From: Candidatus Magasanikiibacteriota bacterium
GTDB taxonomy: Bacteria > Patescibacteriota > Minisyncoccia > UBA6257 > GWB1-50-10
DNA length: 48,887 nt
Direction of reading: 5' to 3'
Assembly: GCA_042218035.1 (NCBI GenBank)
Contig: JBDGRM010000020.1
Coordinates: 3,759 to 52,645, forward strand
The position numbers and the translations under genes were made by a program. The notes under the pieces are model-generated. The model was not told the DNA's origin. It saw only the letters and a program-made list of their open reading frames with translations, and made no database searches. This document shows, piece by piece, positions 34,559-42,955 of this stretch (position 1 is its first letter; every line of letters begins with the position of its first letter).

Positions 34559-36175
34559 ATGAATATACTCCAAGCTTTCTTTAATTCTTTTTCTAAAAAA
34601 GAAAAAATAATCTTTGTTTTGCTTGTAGCAGTTTTTCTGCTTAGCTCCATTGCAAGAGCTGCTCTTGCAGTTCAAAAAAATACTGAATTTGTTCCAATTA
34701 AAGGAGGAAGGTTAAATGTCGGGATGGTAGGTCAACCGAGCTCTATAAATCCAGTTATTGCAAAAAGTTCTGTAGATTCTGTGCTTTCTTCAGTTGTATA
34801 TTCTCCTTTGGGCAAGCTTTCAAAGAAGATAACCACTAACAATTTCAGAGAGTATACTTTAACCTTGAAAGAAGATCTTAAGTGGAGTGATGGGTCTTCT
34901 ATTACAAGTGAAGATATAATATTCACTTTATCTGCTATTCAAAATTCCCAAATAAAATCCCCTCTTTATAAAAAGTGGAAAGGGGTTTCAGTAGAAAAAA
35001 TTAGTTCAAATAAAGTTCGCCTTAATCTTCCCTCGAAATATGTATTCTTTAAAAAGGATCTTGCTGAGTTGGAAATAGTTCCCAAACATGCTTTTGGAAG
35101 TATACCAACATCGAATTTAGAGTTTTCTTCTTATAATTTTAAACCCATATCCTCCGAACCGTATAAGTTTAAGGAAATAACTCGAAAAAAGAACGGTTTT
35201 GTTAAGAAGTACACAATAGAAATAAATGAAAATTATTCCGGCTCTAAGCCTTACATAGAAGAATTAACTTTTCACTTTTTCAAAAATAAAAGCGAACTGA
35301 TATCTGCTTACAAAAAAAGAAAAATTGACCTTTTTACCTTTGTAAACCCTCTAAATAATTCAGTTAGAAAGATAGACTTTGCAAAAATAAAACAGGTTCC
35401 AACACCTCGGTATTACAGCGTGTTCTTTAATCCGAAGTCTACCTCCCCTTTTCGAAAAGGAAAATTTCGAAAAGCTCTTAATTCTGTTATAGACAAGCAA
35501 GCAATAGTAAATAATGCTCTAAATGGACAAGCAACCCCTGTAGATTACCCCTATACTCCAGCGGTTGATTTTAACTTACAGCAAAAAACTCCCATTAAGC
35601 CAAAGAAGGTAATAAGAAAAATGAAGAACAACAACTCAGATAAGAAAAATAAAGAAATCAAAATAGAACTTACAGCACCGAATGTGGATTTTTTAAAGCC
35701 TGTGTTGCAAGAATTAAAAAAACAATGGAAAGATGCAGGTATCGACAGAGTTAAGATTGAAACTTTAAGAAATGAGGATTTTTCGGAAGCAGTACTTAGA
35801 CAAAGGAATTATGAAGCTTTACTTTTCGGGAATGTTTTAGAGCACCCTACTGACCTTTTTCCTTTCTGGCACTCATCACAAAAATTTTATCCGGGACTGA
35901 ATTTATCTTTTTTCGACAACAGCAGGGTAGATAAACTTTTAGAGGAAATAAGGAAGTCCCCTAAATCTTCACAGAGAAAGAGAAAATTTAAAAAAGCGGT
36001 AAGGATTATTAAAGAGAAGGCTCCGGCATCTTTTCTTTTTACGGTTCCCATAAGCTTGGTCTATAAAGATAATTTAGAAGGAATAGATATGACATCTAGA
36101 AACATAATAAAAACCGAAGACCTGTTTAATGGAATTAATAATTGGTACCTAAAGAAAGTAAGAGAATTTAAATAA
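34559..36175 (+). CDS. ABC-transporter substrate-binding protein, family 5 (peptide/nickel type), orphan
   Basis: About 538 aa from the ATG at 34559 (MNILQAFF..., signal anchor). SBP_bac_5-like layout (LKWSDGSSITSEDIIFT...). No permease or ATPase genes adjacent. Confidence 0.7.
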   Translation: MNILQAFFNSFSKKEKIIFVLLVAVFLLSSIARAALAVQKNTEFVPIKGGRLNVGMVGQPSSINPVIAKSSVDSVLSSVVYSPLGKLSKKITTNNFREYTLTLKEDLKWSDGSSITSEDIIFTLSAIQNSQIKSPLYKKWKGVSVEKISSNKVRLNLPSKYVFFKKDLAELEIVPKHAFGSIPTSNLEFSSYNFKPISSEPYKFKEITRKKNGFVKKYTIEINENYSGSKPYIEELTFHFFKNKSELISAYKKRKIDLFTFVNPLNNSVRKIDFAKIKQVPTPRYYSVFFNPKSTSPFRKGKFRKALNSVIDKQAIVNNALNGQATPVDYPYTPAVDFNLQQKTPIKPKKVIRKMKNNNSDKKNKEIKIELTAPNVDFLKPVLQELKKQWKDAGIDRVKIETLRNEDFSEAVLRQRNYEALLFGNVLEHPTDLFPFWHSSQKFYPGLNLSFFDNSRVDKLLEEIRKSPKSSQRKRKFKKAVRIIKEKAPASFLFTVPISLVYKDNLEGIDMTSRNIIKTEDLFNGINNWYLKKVREFK

Positions 36176-36275
36176 AAGAAATCATAAATCGTAATATTTA
36201 ATCATGACTTTACAATTTTACTTATTTACCTATTAAAAGTCGAGAAATTAATTTAACTAATTATTTATAAAAATT

Positions 36276-38039
36276 ATGTCTAAAGAAATCATAAAATCAT
36301 CCAACGAAACTAATGTAATGAGAAGGTCGGAAGTTAAAAAGGCTAAATCTCGTTTATCCACTGAAGTGCCTGAAGCGGATAATGTGAGATTTGTTGCACT
36401 GGGAGGTTTGGAAGAAATTGGAAGAAACATGATGTTTCTCGAATATAAAGACGAAATCTTAGTCGTTGATGCTGGTATTCAGTTCCCCTCTGAGGAAACT
36501 CCCGGTATAGATTACATAATTCCAAACACTAGTTATTTAGAATTAGTCAAAGATAGAATTCAAGGATTAATTATTACCCATGGCCATCAAGACCATATTG
36601 GGGCCATTCCTTACATATTGGACAAATTAGGAAACCCGGTAATTTATACTACTAAATTCACCAAAGAAATGATAATGAGCATGGTTGAAGAGGAACCTAG
36701 CTGCCCTAATCCGAAATTTGATCTGGTTGAGTCCGGAGATAGCAGAAAGATTTCAAAAAACTTCACTGCGAACTTTTTTGAGGTTTCACACAATGTTCCG
36801 GAAGGAGTAGGATTTCTTCTCGACACCCCCGTAGGTAATATAGTTCATCCGGGCGAATTTAAACTAGACAGAGATAAGGATGGAAATGCAAAAAATCTTG
36901 AGATATGGGAAAAGTTAGGAGAAAAAGATATTCACACTTTAATGCTAGACTCAACAGCGTCAGGAGTTCCGGGAAAGTCCGTTTCTGAGGAAACGGTAAA
37001 AGAAGAGCTCACTAAACTTTTTGAGAAGGCGGAAGGAAGAATTATAGTAGGAACTTTTTCTTCTCTTATTGATAGACTTTCTGAGATTATTGATATTGCG
37101 GAAGAGATGGGTAAAGTAGTAGCGATTAGTGGCTACTCTATGAAACAAAATATTGAAATAGCCAAGAGACTCGGCTTTATTGATACTGAAAAAGGCACTT
37201 TAATTCCTATGGAAGAAATTCATAAATATGATGATGACAAAGTGATGGTACTTTGCACAGGAGCACAAGGAGAGGAAAGGGCCAGCTTAATGAGAATGGC
37301 AAGACGTGAGCACAGGAATATTGACTTGAAAGAAAGTGACACCATCATATTTTCTTCTTCTGTCGTTCCCGGAAATGAAATGAGTGTTCAAAACCTTAAG
37401 GATGATCTGGCACGCCAAGGGGTTACAATTTATGACTATAACATGCTTGACATTCACTCCTCTGGCCATGCACCCCAAGAGGATCTCAAAACGGTAATGG
37501 AGCTAGTTAAACCTAAAAACTTCCTTCCTATTCACGGATACTATTTTATGAGATGGAAAAATGCTCAGCTTGCCAAAGAAACTTTAGGGATCTCTCAAGA
37601 TAATATAATTCTTACCGACAATGGTAGAGTAGTTGAACTAAAAAGGGATTCGGTGGAGGTCACCGATGAAACAGTACCCTCCTCCTATGTGCTCGTAGAC
37701 GGAGCGGGGGTTGGTGATATCGGAGAAGTGGTGCTAAGAGATAGAAAAGTTTTATCTGAAAGTGGAATGGTAGTCATTATAGCTACCATTTCAAAAAAAG
37801 ATAGCAAGATTCTGAAAAGCCCTGATATAATCTCGAGAGGCTTCGTTTATCTTCGGGAAAATAAAGACTTGTTGAACGACATTAGAGACAAAATTAGAAA
37901 GATAATCCGTGGAATTTCTAAGGGTGGCTCTCTGGATATAGACTACACAAAGTCTGCCATTAGAAAGCAGGTAGGAAGATTCTTGAACCGAAGAACGGAT
38001 AGAAGTCCTATGGTCTTGCCAGTTATTATAGAGGTTTAA
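36276..38039 (+). CDS. rnj: Ribonuclease J (beta-CASP metallo-beta-lactamase)
   Basis: 587 aa. HGHQDHIG motif, beta-CASP region and the RNase J C-terminal domain. Confidence 0.9.
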   Translation: MSKEIIKSSNETNVMRRSEVKKAKSRLSTEVPEADNVRFVALGGLEEIGRNMMFLEYKDEILVVDAGIQFPSEETPGIDYIIPNTSYLELVKDRIQGLIITHGHQDHIGAIPYILDKLGNPVIYTTKFTKEMIMSMVEEEPSCPNPKFDLVESGDSRKISKNFTANFFEVSHNVPEGVGFLLDTPVGNIVHPGEFKLDRDKDGNAKNLEIWEKLGEKDIHTLMLDSTASGVPGKSVSEETVKEELTKLFEKAEGRIIVGTFSSLIDRLSEIIDIAEEMGKVVAISGYSMKQNIEIAKRLGFIDTEKGTLIPMEEIHKYDDDKVMVLCTGAQGEERASLMRMARREHRNIDLKESDTIIFSSSVVPGNEMSVQNLKDDLARQGVTIYDYNMLDIHSSGHAPQEDLKTVMELVKPKNFLPIHGYYFMRWKNAQLAKETLGISQDNIILTDNGRVVELKRDSVEVTDETVPSSYVLVDGAGVGDIGEVVLRDRKVLSESGMVVIIATISKKDSKILKSPDIISRGFVYLRENKDLLNDIRDKIRKIIRGISKGGSLDIDYTKSAIRKQVGRFLNRRTDRSPMVLPVIIEV

Positions 38040-38227
38040 TCAGAACGCTCTCAGTAACCCATTCCAGAAGTAAATAAGAATGAATTGATTTTTTATTAAG
38101 GGTTACCGCAAGGGAAAGCCTGTCAGCGATTCAACTTTTTTGTCACCCCTCGGACTAGTAGTCCAGTACGAGTCCTCAGGGTTCCGTGAACTTGAAATCA
38201 CGCTGACAGCTTTCTGAGAGGTTCTGA
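38040..38227 (+). ncRNA. Candidate ~190-nt structured RNA (family not identified; strand assumed from context)
   Basis: Nested helices:
- TCAGAAC(G)CTCTCAG (38040..38054) pairs with CTGAGAG-GTTCTGA (38214..38227).
- TAACCC (38055..38060) pairs with GGGTTA (38100..38105).
- GAAAGC(C)TGTCAGCG (38114..38128) pairs with CGCTGACAGCTTTC (38201..38214), extended by ATTCAA/TTGAAAT.
- GGACT (38152..38156) can pair with either of two AGTCC copies (38160..38164 or 38171..38175).
G+C is higher than in the AT-rich flanks. Confidence 0.45.
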
Positions 38228-38419
38228 TAGGCTTGTCTCAGCAGTTTATAAGTTTAGTTAGATATGGCTTACTTGTTACTAATTTACTCATAGTTCAAAT
38301 TCTTAACTTCTTAATTCTTGGTAAATGAAAAAAGTTTTATGAGAGGTGAAATCTTAAATCTTTCCTTCTTAATAACAATTGGTAAACTTAGAATACAAAA
38401 GTATTAATTTGCAAAATCT

Positions 38420-39418
38420 ATGCCTAACAACAAACCAAAGCTTATATCAGGAATCAGACCAACGGGAAAGCTTCATTTAGGAAATTATCTAGGAGCTCTA
38501 AAACAGTTTGTTGAACTGCAAGACTCAAATGAATATGAGTGCCTTTTCTTTATTGCAGATTACCATTCTCTAGCTGGTGGTTTTGAGTCAAGCAAAAACC
38601 GTGAGCAAATTATAGATACTACCGCAAGCTATATGGCAGCTGGATTAAGCCCGAAAAAATCAACTATATTTATTCAGTCCTCTATCCAGGAGCACACAAA
38701 CCTAGCCTGGATTCTTTCTTCTTTGGCTTCTTTTGGAAAATTAAAACGAATGACCCAATTCAAAGAAAAAAGCAAACAAAAAGATAACGTAGATGTAGGT
38801 TTATTCTATTACCCTGTTTTAATGAGTGCGGATATACTTTTGTATGATGCCAAAAAGGTCCCGGTAGGAGAAGACCAAACTCAACATTTAGAGTTAACTC
38901 GTGATCTCGCCCGTAAATTTAACAATAGATTTTCTGACACTTTTGAGGTTCCGGAACCTGTAATGACGGAAGCCCCCAGAATAAAAGATCTCCAAAATCC
39001 GGAAAATAAAATGTCAAAATCCTCTCCTAAAGGGTGCCTTTTTATAGATGATTCCCCAAAAGTTATAAAAGACAAAATAATGTCGGCTCTAACGGATTCC
39101 GGCAATAACATTATTTTCGACCCAGAAAACAAACCGGGAATTTCAAATCTTATTCTTATATACTCCTCTCTTGCCGACCTTTCGCGTGAAAAAATCAAAG
39201 ATGAATTTCAGGATTCTGGATATGGAGATTTCAAAAAATCTCTCTCGAAGCTGATAATTGATTATTTTGAAGACTACAGGAATAAAAAAGAAAACTTGAT
39301 GAAAGACAAAGAAAGAACTGAAAAGACCTTAAGGGCTGGAAACAAGAAAGCGAGAAAAATTGCTGCTAAAAAAATGACCGAGGTTAAGCAAAAAATAGGA
39401 ATTGAAGTTATAAAATAA
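38420..39418 (+). CDS. trpS: Tryptophanyl-tRNA synthetase
   Basis: 332 aa. SGIRPTGKLHLGNYLGA (HIGH-type) and KMSKS, with the size typical of TrpRS. Confidence 0.93.
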   Translation: MPNNKPKLISGIRPTGKLHLGNYLGALKQFVELQDSNEYECLFFIADYHSLAGGFESSKNREQIIDTTASYMAAGLSPKKSTIFIQSSIQEHTNLAWILSSLASFGKLKRMTQFKEKSKQKDNVDVGLFYYPVLMSADILLYDAKKVPVGEDQTQHLELTRDLARKFNNRFSDTFEVPEPVMTEAPRIKDLQNPENKMSKSSPKGCLFIDDSPKVIKDKIMSALTDSGNNIIFDPENKPGISNLILIYSSLADLSREKIKDEFQDSGYGDFKKSLSKLIIDYFEDYRNKKENLMKDKERTEKTLRAGNKKARKIAAKKMTEVKQKIGIEVIK

Positions 39419-39450
39419 AAAGACAGCTCGATTTCTAGATATAATTAATC

Positions 39451-39489
39451 CCAAAAGAAAAAGCCCCGCCTGGCAAAGCCAAACGGGGC
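39451..39489 (-). terminator. Intrinsic terminator of GC-rich ORFan #2
   Basis: The reverse strand reads GCCCCG-TT-TGGC-TTT-GCCA-GG-CGGGGC followed by TTTTTCTTTTGGG. Confidence 0.8.
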
Positions 39490-39512
39490 CCGGAAAGCGC
39501 GAAATCTCTCAC

Positions 39513-40544
39513 TTATCCATTGTTCTGTTCTTCAAGCCGGGACTTCAGCTTCTGGAGAGCAGCGTAGAGGGCTCCCCACGCCTTGTGTGAGGGGTCGATG
39601 ACCTTCCCTTCCAAAGACGAGAACGCATCGGAGCGGTTTATCTGGATCTGCGGGGTGGTGCCGTTTCCGACACCCCGCGCGTCCAGATAGGCTTCTCCGC
39701 CTTCCCAGGGGAATTTGCCGATTACGGTATCCTGCTCACCGTTCAGCAAAGAGGTCACGCGAGACGGGGACATCTGCAGTTCCTCGAGACGTTCCTCGAA
39801 CTCCTGCTTTTTTTGCTCCCGCTCCTCCTTGTAGCGGCGCACCTCCTCGGTGCACGCTACTCGGAGATCGTGAAGCCGGTCGAACAAAACCTTGCTCATT
39901 GAGCTGCCCTCCTTTTCGGGAACGAAGACCTTGGTCTCGCCCCGGAAGTTGACGATGAGGTGCATCTTGTGAAGATTGTCCTCATCGGAATCGGAGAGAG
40001 CGGCCTTTCGCTCCTCGTCGTTCGCGGAGCGGACGTAGCCGATCTCCTCAGCTCTCCTTGAAGCCTTTTCCAGGAGCCGGTACGGATTGCCTCCGTCCCA
40101 CTCCTCGCTGATCAGGTGGGTGTAATGCTCCACCCGCTCGATCAGCGCATCAAAGTGGATACGCTTCCTGATTCGGCTCTCCCAAAAGGAGGGAACTTCG
40201 TTCATTAGCCGCTCCCGAACCTCCTGACGGAGGTTGTAAACGGCGGTGTTCTGCTGCCCCTCGTACTTGAGCTTTCGGATGACTTTTGAGAGGTGCCGAA
40301 GCACCTCCAAAAGCTCAGCGTACAGCTCGGTCTCTCGAGAGGCCCTCTCGCTGACCTCATCAGGGGAAGCATCGCCTTTGACCTCCGTAATTTCCTGGAG
40401 CTCTTCGATGAGCCTATCCGCCTTCTCAACCGGCGTTTCCTCTGTCTGCTCTTGAGATTGATTGGACTGATTCGAGGTTCCGTTCGTGGAAGGTCCGAGT
40501 CCAGCCTCTTCCATTGCATTTTTCATTGCATCATTCGTTTGCAT
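39513..40544 (-). CDS. Hypothetical protein, GC-rich ORFan #2 (343 aa, acidic, coiled-coil-like)
   Basis: ATG-initiated ORF. 34 of 60 nt are G+C at 39601..39660, against 22 of 60 in trpS (39301..39360) and 24 of 60 in rpsA (40741..40800). Codons are mostly GAG/AAG/CTC/ATC/AAC, whereas the neighbours use GAA/AAA/TTA/ATT/AAT. No motif recognised. Confidence 0.75.
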   Translation of the reverse strand: MQTNDAMKNAMEEAGLGPSTNGTSNQSNQSQEQTEETPVEKADRLIEELQEITEVKGDASPDEVSERASRETELYAELLEVLRHLSKVIRKLKYEGQQNTAVYNLRQEVRERLMNEVPSFWESRIRKRIHFDALIERVEHYTHLISEEWDGGNPYRLLEKASRRAEEIGYVRSANDEERKAALSDSDEDNLHKMHLIVNFRGETKVFVPEKEGSSMSKVLFDRLHDLRVACTEEVRRYKEEREQKKQEFEERLEELQMSPSRVTSLLNGEQDTVIGKFPWEGGEAYLDARGVGNGTTPQIQINRSDAFSSLEGKVIDPSHKAWGALYAALQKLKSRLEEQNNG

Positions 40545-40672
40545 GGTCTCAAAGAGCTTTTATTCAGTATTGCATGAAAAAGATTTCCTGATTTTCGGAA
40601 ACCATTGATGTTGAGTGCTATTTTAAAACTAACATAGACTTAAAATTTTGTCAAACAGACTATCAAAACCCT

Positions 40673-40706
40673 AAAAAAAACAAAAACCCCCTCTTTCAAG
40701 AGGGGG
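40673..40706 (-). terminator. Intrinsic terminator downstream of rpsA
   Basis: CCCCCTCT-TTCA-AGAGGGGG, with a long T-run on the reverse strand (the A-run at 40673..40686 on +). Confidence 0.85.
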
Positions 40707-40733
40707 TTTTAGAGCTAAATTACAATTTTTAAG

Positions 40734-41864
40734 TTAGTCAGCCATTGAAAGGTCGATTCTTTGGTCTTCTGACCGGATTTCCTTTATTTCAAAGTTGTAG
40801 GCAGAACCTTGTTCTAATTCTTCTTTCATTTCCTCTACACCACCGAATTCAGTTACATGAACCTGACCTTGAATTCCTTGACCGAGATCCACGGTAGCGC
40901 CGAACGGATTAAACGAATAAATCTCCCCTTCTATTTCTTCTCCCTCTTCATATTCTTCTTCTATTGACTCCCAGGGATCTTCTTTAAGAGCTTTCAGAGA
41001 CAGCGAGATCTTTCCGTCTTTTATTTCTATAATTTTTGCTTCCACTTCGTCCCCTACTTCAATGATATCCTTTGGATTGTCTACCATTTTGTGAGAAAGC
41101 TCTGAAACGTGGATAAGGCCTTCCATTCCTGGACCGTCTTCTATTTTAACGAATGCCCCAAAGTCAGCAATGCCGGAAACCGTTCCTTTTACCACTTGGC
41201 CTTCTTCATACTCTTCTGCCAATTTCTTCGTGCTTTCTTCTTTGGCCTTCTTTTCAGAAACTATTAACTTGTCCTTTTTGGGTTCTGCACTAATAATTTT
41301 CACTTCCATCTTTTCGTCCAGCATATCTTCCAGCTGTTCCTTTATTTTTTCCTTGTCCCCATCTTCAACATTTGGATAATTTTCCGGAGAAAGTTGTGAG
41401 GCAGGTAAAAATGCTTGTAAGCCTTTGATTTCAAATATTAAGCCACCTTTGTTGGCGGATTGGGGGGAAATTTCGAGCACTTCTTCGTTTTCATAAAGCT
41501 TTTTAATTTCGAGCCAACTTTTCTTCTTTTGGGCCTCGGAAAGAGAGAGCTCTATGAAGCCGTGATCATTGTCTACTTCCACCACTTTTGCTTGAACTTC
41601 GTCCCCCTCTTCAATGTCTCTTATTATAGAACGGGCATTCATTATTTCTCCTCTATAAACAACGCCGGTGCCGTATTTGCCCAAATCCACCTTCATTTCT
41701 CTAGGACTTTTTTCTAAAACCGTTCCTTCTACCAAGTCTCCTTGCTTGAGAAACTCAAAAAGGTCCGGATTTGAATTTATAAAACTTCTTGTTTTACTGT
41801 TTTGACGATTAATTTTTGTCTTCATAGCTTCAACTAGAGTATCGAAAAAACGCTCTAAAATCAA
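40734..41864 (-). CDS. rpsA: 30S ribosomal protein S1 (four S1 repeats)
   Basis: 376 aa. Repeated S1 OB-fold motifs (GDLVEGTV..., VQAKVVEVD, GQVVKGTVSGIADFGAFVKI, IEGEIYSFNPFGATVDL). TTG start in the track; an ATG at 41825 is an alternative. Confidence 0.88.
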   Translation of the reverse strand: MILERFFDTLVEAMKTKINRQNSKTRSFINSNPDLFEFLKQGDLVEGTVLEKSPREMKVDLGKYGTGVVYRGEIMNARSIIRDIEEGDEVQAKVVEVDNDHGFIELSLSEAQKKKSWLEIKKLYENEEVLEISPQSANKGGLIFEIKGLQAFLPASQLSPENYPNVEDGDKEKIKEQLEDMLDEKMEVKIISAEPKKDKLIVSEKKAKEESTKKLAEEYEEGQVVKGTVSGIADFGAFVKIEDGPGMEGLIHVSELSHKMVDNPKDIIEVGDEVEAKIIEIKDGKISLSLKALKEDPWESIEEEYEEGEEIEGEIYSFNPFGATVDLGQGIQGQVHVTEFGGVEEMKEELEQGSAYNFEIKEIRSEDQRIDLSMAD

Positions 41865-41955
41865 CCCTCACCAAATTGACTCAACACCCCCTAAATATTA
41901 ACATTAAAGAGTGTTAATATTGCAAAATTCTTAAATTTTAAATCACCGAACAGAA

Positions 41956-42540
41956 ATGACCATAACCTATCAGGGCGATAACTATTTTAAGATCAAGTCA
42001 GGTGATGATTTGGTATTGGTAGATCCTGAAGATCAACGCTCCTTTAAAAAGGCTGATATGGCTTTAAATACGATTAAGCCAACTTTAACTGAACCACCAT
42101 CTAAAAAAGATCTTTTTTGGTGTGATCATGCTGGGGAATATGAAGTTGAAGGAACAAGAATAAGGGGTTGGTATAATAATACGGGAGAGTACAGAGGTGA
42201 ACGAAGGCAAAAAACAGTATATAGACTCGACTTTAAATCTTTCCGCTTTGTTATTTTTGGCTTTTTAGCAGAGGAACTGGATCCCGATATTTTTGAATAT
42301 ATGCAAGAGGTGGATGTTGCCATTATTCCTGCTGGTAACGATGAACTTATTAACCCTTCCGATGCCGCTCAAATTATACGTCAGGTTGAGCCATCGCTCG
42401 TTGTTCCTTCTTTTAATGATGAATTGGATAAGTTCCTGAAAGAGCTAAACAAAAAATCATGCGAGAAAGAGGAAAAAATAGTAATAAAGAAAAAGGATTT
42501 GAAACCCCAAGCGATGAAAGTGAGGTGTCTTCAAAGCTAA
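41956..42540 (+). CDS. Hypothetical protein (N-terminus resembles UPF0173/MBL-fold hydrolases, but I see no HxHxDH metal motif)
   Basis: 194-aa ORF. MTITYQGDNYFKIKSGDDLVLVDP resembles the first strands of Lactamase_B_3-type proteins. Weak call. Confidence 0.55.
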   Translation: MTITYQGDNYFKIKSGDDLVLVDPEDQRSFKKADMALNTIKPTLTEPPSKKDLFWCDHAGEYEVEGTRIRGWYNNTGEYRGERRQKTVYRLDFKSFRFVIFGFLAEELDPDIFEYMQEVDVAIIPAGNDELINPSDAAQIIRQVEPSLVVPSFNDELDKFLKELNKKSCEKEEKIVIKKKDLKPQAMKVRCLQS

Positions 42541-42553
42541 TGCAATAGTACTG

Positions 42554-42955
42554 ATGAGGGGTTTTATAGAAAGAGCAAGAGAAAAGTTAAAAGAAATCAG
42601 AGAGTCCGATGATGCCACAAAAAAACGTTATTTGATAGGAGGGTCGACTTTAATCTTTCTTCTGGTAATAGGGGTATGGCTTGTATGGTTTAGCAATAGT
42701 ATCCCCAGGGTTGTTCCACCAGAAAAACCTGAAGTAGCTGAAAAACAAAAAATGAAGCCCGAGAAAACAGATAAAAATGTCGACGGCTTTTTCTCAAAAG
42801 TAAAAAGAGGCTTTCAAATAACATTGCAAGGTTCTAAAAAAAGCTTAGAAGATTTTGGAAAAATATGGACAAAGGGCCTCAATTCTTTTCGAGAAGCCTT
42901 AAAAAGAAAGCGAGTCTATAAATTTAAGAAACAATCAACTACCACTAAAAAATAA
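42554..42955 (+). CDS. Hypothetical membrane-anchored basic protein
   Basis: 133 aa with one TM ([20 protein letters not shown]). Its stop overlaps the gyrA start. Confidence 0.55.
   Translation: MRGFIERAREKLKEIRESDDATKKRYLIGGSTLIFLLVIGVWLVWFSNSIPRVVPPEKPEVAEKQKMKPEKTDKNVDGFFSKVKRGFQITLQGSKKSLEDFGKIWTKGLNSFREALKRKRVYKFKKQSTTTKK

Noticed and set aside
38090-38115. A T-box riboswitch for trpS, based on AUUAAGGGUUACCGCAAG resembling the T-box consensus AAUUAGGGUGGUACCGCG
   Set aside because: The UGGN tetranucleotide that pairs with the tRNA 3' end is not preserved. The motif lies in the 5' third of the element instead of next to a terminator/antiterminator. No specifier-loop UGG or Stem I motifs were found. 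About 190 nt of AT-rich sequence separates it from trpS.
40205-40577. Three extra ORFs (104, 69 and 94 aa) overlapping ORFan #2 in other frames and strands
   Set aside because: These are expected by-products of stop-codon-poor GC-rich DNA. Their translations are Arg/Ser/Leu-rich and low in complexity. The 343-aa frame is the only one spanning the whole GC-rich block from ATG to terminator.
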